Assembly (NCBI GenBank): GCA_000388065.2
Contig: KB932208.1
Reading direction: 5' to 3' (one strand)
Source: Fonticula alba ATCC 38817
Lineage: Eukaryota > Protista > Nucleariida
Length of the DNA stretch: 11,128 nucleotides
Positions 1 to 8,337 of this stretch are shown piece after piece. Both the position numbers and the translations under genes were made by a program. Numbering within the stretch: position 1 is the first letter of the stretch; every line of letters begins with the position of its first letter. Below the pieces are notes generated by a model, which did no database searches, had not been told where the DNA came from, and worked only from the letters and a program-made list of their open reading frames with translations.

Positions 1-66
1 CCCCCCCCTCGTCCCTGCCTTACCCTAACCTGGCTCCTCCCTTTCGGTGCTCCTCCCTCCCCACAG

Positions 67-955
67 AGGCCCAGGTCAACACCCAGATGTATGGTAGCCG
101 CCCGTATGGTGTTGGCATGCTGATTGCCGGTCATGATGTACGTGCATCTCACACATGCGCCCAACCACACAACACCCATCCATTCATGTCCACATGCATG
201 CGCTCGCCGCCACGCCCGGAGACTCACCTCTCGAACCGGCCCGTAGGAGACTGGTCCCCACCTGCTGGAGTTCAGCCCGGCTGGCGTGTCAACCGAGGTC
301 CTCGGTGGTGCCATTGGTGCTCGCTCTCAGGCGGCTCGGACTTATCTCGAGCGCCACTGCGACACCATGAAGACCGGTATGTTGGTTTGCCTGTTGCTTT
401 GTTTGCCCCGGCCCGGGGCTTTGTCACATCTCCCCGCCTCTCGGGCCATCTCCACACCGCTGACCGCCCCATCTCCCCCGGCCCCCGGGACCGGCCCCCC
501 CCCCCTCCCCCTCCTCAGCGACCCTCGACGAGCTGGTCCTTCATGCGCTGCTGGCCCTGCGCGATACCCTCCCCCAGGACGCGCCCTCCCTGGTTGCCGC
601 CAACATTTCGATCGCCGTTGTCGGGCCGGATGCTGCCAAGCTGGCTGGCTCGGCGGCCACCGGCACCGGCTCCTCGTCAACCGCCTCCTCGGCCCCGGAG
701 GATCTGGAGCAGACGTCGGAGGGTGTTGGTGCGGATGCCGGGAGTGCGGCTGCCGTGGCGGAGGCTGCCCGCCGCAGCTCGGTCGACCACAGCGCCCCGA
801 TTGCTGTCCAGACGGACAGCGCCACCGAGGCCACCAATGCCACGGCTGCCGCCCCGGGCGCCCTGGCCGCCGACGCCGATGGCCGCGGCGACACCTTCAT
901 TGTTCTCGGCTCCGCTGCCGTTGCGGCCCTGGTCGCCCGTGCCGAGGCCAACTAA
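67..955 (+). CDS. PSMA1: 20S proteasome subunit alpha-6 (alpha type-1), 3' part: coding exons 4-6
   Basis: Exons 67-137, 247-376 and 519-955 (TAA at 953-955). Introns 138-246 (gtacgt..gtag, branch-like ctcac at ~223) and 377-518 (gtatgt..tcag, gctgac at 459). Translation (K)AQVNTQMYGSRPYGVGMLIAGHD/ETGPHLLEFSPAGVSTEVLGGAIGARSQAARTYLERHCDTMKT/ATLDELVLHALLALRDTLPQDAPSLVAANISIAVVGPD...TFIVLGSAAVAALVARAEAN* matches the alpha-6 motifs RPYGVGLLIAGYD, IGARSQSARTYLE and ALRETLP (recognised by eye). The acceptor cag at 64-66 is preceded by ccctaac and a pyrimidine tract. Confidence 0.95.
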
Positions 956-1010
956 GCGCACCCGCCCCCTGTATAATAGCCCGTGAGCATATGCGCACAT
1001 GTACAAATAT

Positions 1011-1032
1011 GTGTGTGTGTGTGTGTGTGTGT
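1011..1032 (+). repeat. (GT)11 microsatellite in the presumed PSMA1 3' UTR
   Basis: Read directly from the sequence. Confidence 0.9.
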
Positions 1033-1529
1033 CCCCTCCCTCTCGCCGCATTACTGTTGTTCCTCATTCTCCCTTGCCCTTTCTCCACTCGCATGGTCTC
1101 TGCGTGGATGATCCACCGTAAAACAAAACACCCAAGAGTAACACCGAGTTTGTGCATGTGCTTCAGTGGGGTGCGAGGAAGGAAATGGAGCGGAGAAGGG
1201 GGGGGGGGGGCGGTTTATCGTCCTCTCGTCGTGCAGGGGAAGAGAGGGAGCATGCATGTGCCGAAGGAGGGGGGGGCGGGGGGGAGGGGCGAGGGGAGAG
1301 TGTGGTGTCGGGGGGGATCTAGACTGGCGATGCCCCAATCAAAGGGGGAGGAGGAGAGAAAGAGAGGGAGAGGAGGACCGCGGCAAGGTGCACGCCTGGC
1401 GGGCATGCAGGGCCCCCAGTGGCGCATGCCAATGCCTGTGCGGTGCACGGGAGGGAAGTATGCTTCCTGCGCCACGAAGCGCGAAGAAGGACGATGGAAG
1501 GCCAAGAGGAGGGAGGGCAGGGGAGCACC

Positions 1530-2257
1530 CTAAATCCGGTACTCGCAAACACCGGCGCGAGTGTTGTACCGGACCCACTTGATGGTCTCGTACAGGAGCT
1601 GCGGCTCCTTCACCTGCAAGAAGCGGACATGCAGACCGGAGGCCGCGAATTGCGGCACCTGGAACTTGGCAACAACCGGCGGGCGGGACCACACGGTCTT
1701 GCCGGCGGTCTGCGCACGGAATGAGGGGGCAAGCGAGGGTGCGCAGCGGGAGGGGTTAGCATTGTGGTGCCTCGAACGCCACAGGAGGGGGAAGAAGGGG
1801 AAAGGGGCCCAGCATGCCAGGAGAGGGGCGTACGGTGGCGGTCAGGTCGGCGGAGGCTGTGAAGGTGTACTCGGCCTGGCCCTGGAAGCGGCCGATCTTC
1901 CAGACGATGCAGTTCTCGCCGGCCTTGAAGCGGGCCTTTCCGCCACCGGGGCTGACACGACATGCGGCCTTGGCCGTGTTGGGGGGGGTGGGGATGTTGA
2001 GAACCACGTCCGAAGCGGCCAGGCGCGAGCCGAAGGTGGCACGGATGACGATCTTGTAGTCGACACGCGTCTTGCCCACCTCGTTGACCAGGGTATGCAC
2101 GCGGAAGGGCAGCTGGATGGACTCGACCGTGCGATAGCGCATCAGCTCGAAATCGCCATCCGGGGGGACGAAGCTAATCGTACGATCGGTGGCGAACCTC
2201 CCGAGACGAACACACTGGTGGAAGTTGCTGGCGTCAAGCTCGACCGAGGCTGAGGAG
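1530..2257 (-). CDS. AP2M1: AP-2 complex subunit mu (mu2), 3' part: coding exons 7-8 (mu homology domain)
   Basis: Exons 2257-1834 and 1709-1530 (TAG at 1532-1530); intron 1833-1710 (gtacgc..gcag, gctaac branch). Translation SSASVELDASNFHQCVRLGRFATDRTISFVPPDGDFELMRYRT...IPTPPNTA...KARFKAGENCIVWKI.../TAGKTVWSRPPVVAKFQVPQFAASGLHVRFLQVKEPQLLYETIKWVRYNTRAGVCEYRI* carries the mu-adaptin motifs FHQCVRL, ISFxPPDGxFELMRYR, WxRPP, SGLxVRxLxV and KWVRY. Confidence 0.95.
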
Positions 2258-2356
2258 CTGTCGGCCGGCAAGCGAACCAAGTGAGCGGGGTCGATCGCGG
2301 GACGTCAGTGAGTGAGGCGCAGCGGTGGTCGGTCAGAAGACCGCGGGACGGGGAGG

Positions 2357-2366
2357 NNNNNNNNNN
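2357..2366. other. Assembly gap (10 N), boundary of segments A and B
   Basis: Run of N flanked by G-rich sequence; falls within the 3' portion of AP2M1 intron 6. Confidence 0.99.
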
Positions 2367-2780
2367 GGGGGCTGAACTCGCCGCAAACACGCACCCCCCC
2401 CCCCCTTTGTCATGCATTACACAGGGCAGGACGACGTGGAATGGTGTGCCGCCCCTGCGGACGCCCCGATGCCTGTTCAGAGACGAGACAAACGGAGTAA
2501 CCGCTCGCGTAGCAAGTGTGTCCGGCCGACGGTCCCCTTGGACACTAGGCCCAAAGACGGAGGCGTGTCAGAAGACGGGCGAAGGCACCTCCCTCCGGTC
2601 CCGCCCCCCCCCCCTCCCGGCCCCGGGCTGCACGCCCTTCAACGGCAGCATGTCGCCTCGGGGCCGGCCTCGAGTCCCGAGAGGGAGTGATGCGCAATAT
2701 ATCTCGCCCACTCTCGGACACGAATGGTCGGGTCGGCGGCAGCCAGATTCCCGCACCGCGCCCCCAGCACGCCGGAGGAC

Positions 2781-2905
2781 AGGCCAATGGAGAGGCGGCA
2801 GATGTGGTCTGTCGGTCCGATTGCCGCACGCGACTAGCCCGCACGGCCACAGAACCGGGTCCCCCTCCCCCCTGTCATTGAGCAACGCGCTCGGGCTCCA
2901 ATCAG
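2781..2905 (+). promoter_or_regulatory. Two candidate CCAAT (NF-Y/HAP) boxes upstream of PSMA1
   Basis: aggCCAATgg (2784-2788) and ctCCAATcag (2898-2902), about 470 and 360 nt before the ATG. Motif match only. Confidence 0.3.
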
Positions 2906-3256
2906 TGCCACTGTTGAACGCGGGCATGGGTGCACTCTGCCGGGGCACACCTTGCGCGGTCGTCTGCCCCCGCCCCACGCCCGAACACCGTGCAAGGCTG
3001 ATCACCGGCACATCCCATATCGGCCGGCACACCAGGCTGGCCAGGCCCCCGGGCGCCTGGCGAAGCATCATCCACCCAGCCAGCCCTCTCCCCCCGCCCC
3101 CCGCCTTCGCTCCCCCCCCCCCTCCATCTCCCGCTCCGAGGCACCTCTGCACTTCTTCTCCTCCCCGCTGCCACCACCGTCCCCTCCTCCTGCCCCCCTC
3201 TCAGCCTCGACCCGCTCGCTGCTCCGTGTGACGCGCACCCGCCGGCCCTCGCCATC

Positions 3257-3924
3257 ATGGTAATGCCGCCAACTCCCCTGCCCTGCCCTGCCCTGCCCTG
3301 ATCTGCTCTACTTTGCTTTGCGCCCCCCGGCCCACGCACCATCCCCTTTGCTGCCCACCTGCTGACTTTGTCCTCCCCCTCCCCCCCCCCCCCTATGCCC
3401 GGCTCCCCCGGCCTGCCCATCCGCTCGCTAGTTCCGCAACCAGTACGACAACGACATCACTACCTGGTCCCCCCAGGGTCGCATCCACCAGATCGAGTAT
3501 GCCTGCGAGGCTGTTGCCCAGGGCGCGGCGGCCGTGGCCGCTCGCTCCGACACGCACGCCGTCCTGGTGGCCCTGCAGCGCCCCGTCGACGAGCTTTCCT
3601 CCTTCCTCAAGAAGATCTTCCGCGTGGATGCCCATCTGGGTGTGGCCATTGCCGGCATTTCCTCCGACGCGCGTGTCCTCAGGTGTGTTTCCCGGGCAAA
3701 CGCTCCAATTCCCCTCCCTCTCTCCCTCTCTCTTTTTCTTTCTCCTTCTCCGGGGGAGTCCCACACCACCGTGTCAGCAACTAACTCCCCTTGCTCTGTG
3801 CCCCTCCCGGCCACCACCGCCACTGATGCCGCCAGCTCCTTCATGCGCACTGAGTGCCTGCGCTCCCGTTTCGTCTATGGCCGTGCCATGCCGGTCCAGC
3901 GTATTGCCCACGCTGTTGCCGACA
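3257..3924 (+). CDS. PSMA1: 20S proteasome subunit alpha-6 (alpha type-1), 5' part: coding exons 1-3
   Basis: Exons 3257-3259 (ATG only), 3432-3682 and 3836-3924. Introns 3260-3431 (gtaatg..ctag) and 3683-3835 (gtgtgt..ccag); the next donor gttcgt is at 3925. Translation [84 protein letters not shown](S)/[29 protein letters not shown]. The opening [22 protein letters not shown] is the alpha-6 N-terminal signature. All six exons sum to 981 nt (326 aa plus stop). Confidence 0.95.
3276..3300 (+). repeat. (CCCTG)5 pentanucleotide repeat in PSMA1 intron 1
   Basis: Five perfect copies, starting 16 nt after the donor at 3260. Confidence 0.9.
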
Positions 3925-3944
3925 GTTCGTGCCCTCCCCCCCCC

Positions 3945-3954
3945 NNNNNNNNNN
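3945..3954. other. Assembly gap (10 N), boundary of segments B and C
   Basis: Run of N directly after a poly-C tract, 20 nt into PSMA1 intron 3. Confidence 0.99.
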
Positions 3955-5180
3955 CCCGAGACACCGGGCCCGGGCCCGGGGCCCGGGACAGAGTGGGGCC
4001 GGGGATGCGGAGAAAAGAAAACAAAGAGCACGGCGACATCGAAGAAATGGGCCCGAAAAGGAGGCGCCCGGCCGGGAGATGGCGGGCCAGCAGGCAGCCT
4101 TGCTAACTCTGTCCCCCGGTCTCCGTCGCATCTCGCCCCCCCCCCCCCCCCCCCCCCACACCAGGCCGTGTGGGGGCCGGGGGGAGGGCGAGGAGGGCGC
4201 CTGCCAGCTATGCGGGCCCCGGCGGGGCAGGGCAACAGTCAAGCACACACGGCCGGGGCGGTCCCGCCTCATATGAACAAAACCCCTTGCCCGTTGCCGA
4301 GCGTGCAAAGTGAACGCGCTCATGGCCTCCCGGCAAGAGCCACAGAGCCATCTGCGCACCGCGCGAAGTTCCCCGGCTGATGATCCCCCGGCGGCGGCCC
4401 TCGCGCGCGCCGGAGAACGAGACGGGGGGAGGAGGGGCAGGGGAGCACAGGCGCGCCCCATCCTGGGCCGCTCGAGGATGCGCAGCCGGCCCTGTGTGCG
4501 CCACGACACATTGCAGCCAGCCAACGTCCGCCTCCGCCCCCCCCCCGCACCCCCGCCGCCGGTGCAAATGAGGGGGGCCGCGCGGCATGCTGGAGGTGAC
4601 CCCTCTCGGGTCCGAGTCCTGAAACAGACATGCTCTCTTCCCGGGCGCCGACGGTGGACGGGGGTGCCCGGAGCACCACCACCACCATCATCACCCCCCC
4701 CCCACCCCCGGCCTTGGACAGTTCGGCAAGGGCGAAAACAGAGGACTCCGCCCGCGCACGCGCACGCGCGCATTCCTCGGCTCGTGCGCGTCGGCGGAAT
4801 CCCCCGGTGCGAGGAAACATTTATTCTAACTTTTCCTTTTCATGCGGCACACCCGCAGATGACGACGGCCCCCCCGGCGTGCGTCGTGCGTGCGTGGGGC
4901 GGAAGTGAGGAGGGGACTTATCCCACCGACTCTCTGCCCCCCTCCACTCCCCTGGCCCATATCTTCTAGAATGATGCCCCCCCCCCCTCAGCCAGGGCCA
5001 GGTCTGCCGCAGGGGGGTGGGAAAATGTCGCCCGCGGCCAAAGAGAGCCGGCAAGGACGCAACAAGGGCTCAGGCCGGTGGGGGGGGGGGGGGATATATA
5101 CGCCGGGAGGACACCCGGCGCGTCGGCCTCGCGTGCCGTGTGACTGCCCACCCCATGCAGTCCGGTGAGCGGCCCGCGAG

Positions 5181-5194
5181 CGCGCGCGCGCGCG
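5181..5194. repeat. (CG)7 dinucleotide repeat
   Basis: Read directly from the sequence. Confidence 0.85.
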
Positions 5195-5424
5195 AAGCCC
5201 GAGCGGGAACTTTCCTCTTTTGCCCGAGCCATGCTGCCTCCGTCCCATCCGGGGGGGGGGAGGGGGCGCCAGCGCAGCGGGACGCAAAGACTGCTGCCAA
5301 CACCGCGAGAGGCCTTTTGTCTTTTCGCGGCCTCTTGGGGCAGGCCCCCCCCCCCCCCGCGCCGGCTCGCCCCTTCCCTCCTGGAGGCCCTCCGTTGTCG
5401 GAACTTGCCAAGCCAAGCGAGCCG

Positions 5425-5444
5425 CACACACACACACACACACA
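5425..5444 (+). repeat. (CA)10 microsatellite
   Basis: Read directly from the sequence. Confidence 0.9.
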
Positions 5445-5688
5445 GCTCACGGGGGGCAAGCACGCGGGAAGAAAGATAACACTGTCATATGGCTGGGAGG
5501 CTCCAAGACACAGGGCGGAACTCCACGCGGCATGACCTGGCGCACCTCCGAACCTTCTCGCGCTGCTCCCGGCACAGCCTCGCTCCCTCGCCATCCCGAT
5601 TGCCGGAGTGCGCACACACGCCCGCCCGCAGTCAAGGACGAGCGCGGGCGTGTCGCGGCCATCATCACCATCGGCCATATCATCCGCC

Positions 5689-5719
<31 letters not shown>

Positions 5720-6264
5720 AACCCGGCCGAGGCGAAAGAGTGTTGCCGGCTTCCGGACAGGGACGCCCGTGAAAACCTCGCGAATCTGCGTCCGTGAGGG
5801 GGACCCCACAAAGGCCCGAGGGTCGCCCAGGCATATTTCTCTAAACCCTGAGTAGTTGCCAATTTTCGAGCCTCTCACACCGAAACCAACTATGATGTAA
5901 ATGTCCCTATGTCCAAACCTGCAACATCATCCTGCGCTTTCTCACAGTCCTGGTCTGGTCGCAGCCGCCCGTCCGCTGGCACATGGAATCCGGGTCTCCC
6001 CGTGGACATGATCTCGTGCCCGGCCCGGTGTGATGCTGCCCGGCTTTCAAAGAGACACCATCCACCGGCGAGTGAGGGGGAGAGAGAGTGAGAGCACGGG
6101 GGCGTTCCCCCTTTTCTCGGGGCCCCCGGCGCCAGGCGAGGGGCGGCGGCCCAGTCAGCCGGGAACGATGTCCGTACGACACCGCACGGGGGGGGGGGGG
6201 ATCCCAAATGCGGGTCTCGTTTCTAGGCCCTTCGCCGATTGCACCGGCTTCTGCCCTCTCTGTC

Positions 6265-6291
6265 GGGGGGGGGGGGGGGGGGGGGGGGGGG

Positions 6292-6334
<43 letters not shown>

Positions 6335-6343
6335 GGGGGGGGG

Positions 6344-6380
<37 letters not shown>

Positions 6381-6389
6381 CGGGGGGGG
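6265..6389 (+). repeat. Poly-G tract, 125 nt with 4 interruptions
   Basis: All G except C6292, T6334, A6346 and C6381. The exact length may be unreliable. Confidence 0.9.
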
Positions 6390-6669
6390 CCCGAGGCCAT
6401 GCATCTTGCCAGCCTCCCCCCCCCCCCTCGGCTATCCACGCCGCTCGCCGGCCCACGCCTCCCCGCGGATGCACGCGCGCACCGGGCGCGCGCGCGAGGC
6501 GTTGGAGGACTAAAAACAAGGTCAGGAGGGGCCGAGCGCATGCGGCGCCGTCGGGAGCGCCGTCCGGCGCGCACCCACCCGCCCCCCGCCGGCACAGCTG
6601 CCGCCACTGCTCTGTCGATGGCCCTCTCACCCCCCGCCCCCACCCCGGCCCCCGCACGCGCTGCGACGA

Positions 6670-7415
6670 TTACTGGTGCTGGGCCGCGGCGGAGCCGGTG
6701 GCACGGGGCTGCACCCGGGACCCACGCCGCCGGCGGGGCGGACGGTTGGCCTCCGGGGTGGTCACCGGATTGGGGCTGGTCGGTCCGGTCGCGGTGGAGT
6801 CCTTCGCCGCGGTCGGCACATGCTCCTCGGCAGCCTCGTCGCCAGGCCCAGCCGGAGACGAGAGGGAAAGCTGGCCGCCGGACAGGTTGCTGTTGCCACC
6901 GGCCACCTGGCCGGCGCTCTCGTCGCCGCCGTCGGCCGGAAGCTCGAAGTGCGTGCCATCCTCCCCGTCGACCATGCGTGGCGAGGAAACCGAGGTCGGC
7001 TGGATGTCCAGGTCATCCACCTGGAGCTGGCCGCCGGCGTTGGGGCCGGCCGCCATGTCGGAGGCCTCCTCCTCCTCCTCCTCCTCCTCCTCCTCCGGGA
7101 AGAGAACCGCCCCGCCGAGGCCGCGCCCCCCGGCCGGCGAGTTGACCGACAGGTTGGCCATGGCGTCCACCAGGATCGACGGCGAGTAGGACGCGAGGTC
7201 CCCATTGCCCGGGCGCATGTCGCGACCCGCGGCGGTGTATGGCTCGGGCGATGTCTCGCCGATCGCGAACTCGGCGCTGGTCTCCGGCGTGAAGGGGTCC
7301 TCCTCGTCGGAGTACCCGCCATCGGAGACGGCATCGCTGTCCTCCTCCTCCTCCTCGTCGGTCATGGCGTCCGAGCCACCGCGGAAGACCCCGGTGAAGC
7401 CGAGCGAGTAGGCGA
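6670..7415 (-). CDS. Terminal coding exon of an unidentified acidic, low-complexity (probably disordered) protein
   Basis: Open frame 7413-6670 (TAA at 6672-6670) with C/G-ending codon bias like the two housekeeping genes: AYSLGFTGVFRGGSDAMTDEEEEEDSDAVSDGGYSDEEDPF...FPEEEEEEEEEEASDM...PPRRRRGSRVQPRATGSAAAQHQ*. It is preceded by a pyrimidine-rich intron-like tract ending catag (AG at 7417-7416), giving a phase-1 exon of 746 nt. An alternative start is the ATG at 7365 (gccATG context, 231 aa). Upstream exons are not visible because a gap follows 7532. No family recognised. Confidence 0.75.
7066..7095 (-). repeat. (GAG)10 coding trinucleotide repeat (poly-Glu)
   Basis: Perfect (CTC)10 on the + strand, encoding E10 in the acidic exon. 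Confidence 0.9.
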
Positions 7416-7532
7416 CTATGTGTGCACATGCGCGGCAACGGAGGGAGGAGAGGGGGAGAGAGAGAGAAAGAAACAAACACACAAAGATGCGATAGCACAA
7501 AAGGAGAACCGGGGCAGATGGAGTCAGACACA

Positions 7533-8337
7533 NNNNNNNNNNNNNNNNNNNNNNNNNNNNNNNNNNNNNNNNNNNNNNNNNNNNNNNNNNNNNNNNNNNN
7601 NNNNNNNNNNNNNNNNNNNNNNNNNNNNNNNNNNNNNNNNNNNNNNNNNNNNNNNNNNNNNNNNNNNNNNNNNNNNNNNNNNNNNNNNNNNNNNNNNNNN
7701 NNNNNNNNNNNNNNNNNNNNNNNNNNNNNNNNNNNNNNNNNNNNNNNNNNNNNNNNNNNNNNNNNNNNNNNNNNNNNNNNNNNNNNNNNNNNNNNNNNNN
7801 NNNNNNNNNNNNNNNNNNNNNNNNNNNNNNNNNNNNNNNNNNNNNNNNNNNNNNNNNNNNNNNNNNNNNNNNNNNNNNNNNNNNNNNNNNNNNNNNNNNN
7901 NNNNNNNNNNNNNNNNNNNNNNNNNNNNNNNNNNNNNNNNNNNNNNNNNNNNNNNNNNNNNNNNNNNNNNNNNNNNNNNNNNNNNNNNNNNNNNNNNNNN
8001 NNNNNNNNNNNNNNNNNNNNNNNNNNNNNNNNNNNNNNNNNNNNNNNNNNNNNNNNNNNNNNNNNNNNNNNNNNNNNNNNNNNNNNNNNNNNNNNNNNNN
8101 NNNNNNNNNNNNNNNNNNNNNNNNNNNNNNNNNNNNNNNNNNNNNNNNNNNNNNNNNNNNNNNNNNNNNNNNNNNNNNNNNNNNNNNNNNNNNNNNNNNN
8201 NNNNNNNNNNNNNNNNNNNNNNNNNNNNNNNNNNNNNNNNNNNNNNNNNNNNNNNNNNNNNNNNNNNNNNNNNNNNNNNNNNNNNNNNNNNNNNNNNNNN
8301 NNNNNNNNNNNNNNNNNNNNNNNNNNNNNNNNNNNNN
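7533..8337. other. Assembly gap (805 N), boundary of segments C and D
   Basis: Run of N; its right flank is a poly-G tract 29 nt into AP2M1 intron 6 (- strand). Confidence 0.99.

Noticed and set aside
23-30. Telomere-like CCCTAAC(C) here and CTAAACCCT at ~5841
   Set aside because: Both are single units; the first is better explained as the branch point of PSMA1 intron 3.
729-811. Possible cryptic intron (gtgcgg..ccag) inside the alpha-6 insertion
   Set aside because: There is no pyrimidine tract or branch motif, its 83-nt length would shift the frame, and it would remove only part of the insertion.
3169-3175. Rpn4/PACE-like TGCCACC upstream of PSMA1
   Set aside because: It lacks the TTT of TTTGCCACC and is expected by chance in C-rich DNA.
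5892-5930. Inverted repeat atgatgt/acatcat and a short hydrophobic frame (TCNIILRFLTVLVWSQ)
   Set aside because: A 7-bp stem is not significant, and the frame has no start, is bounded by stops and has no recognisable family.
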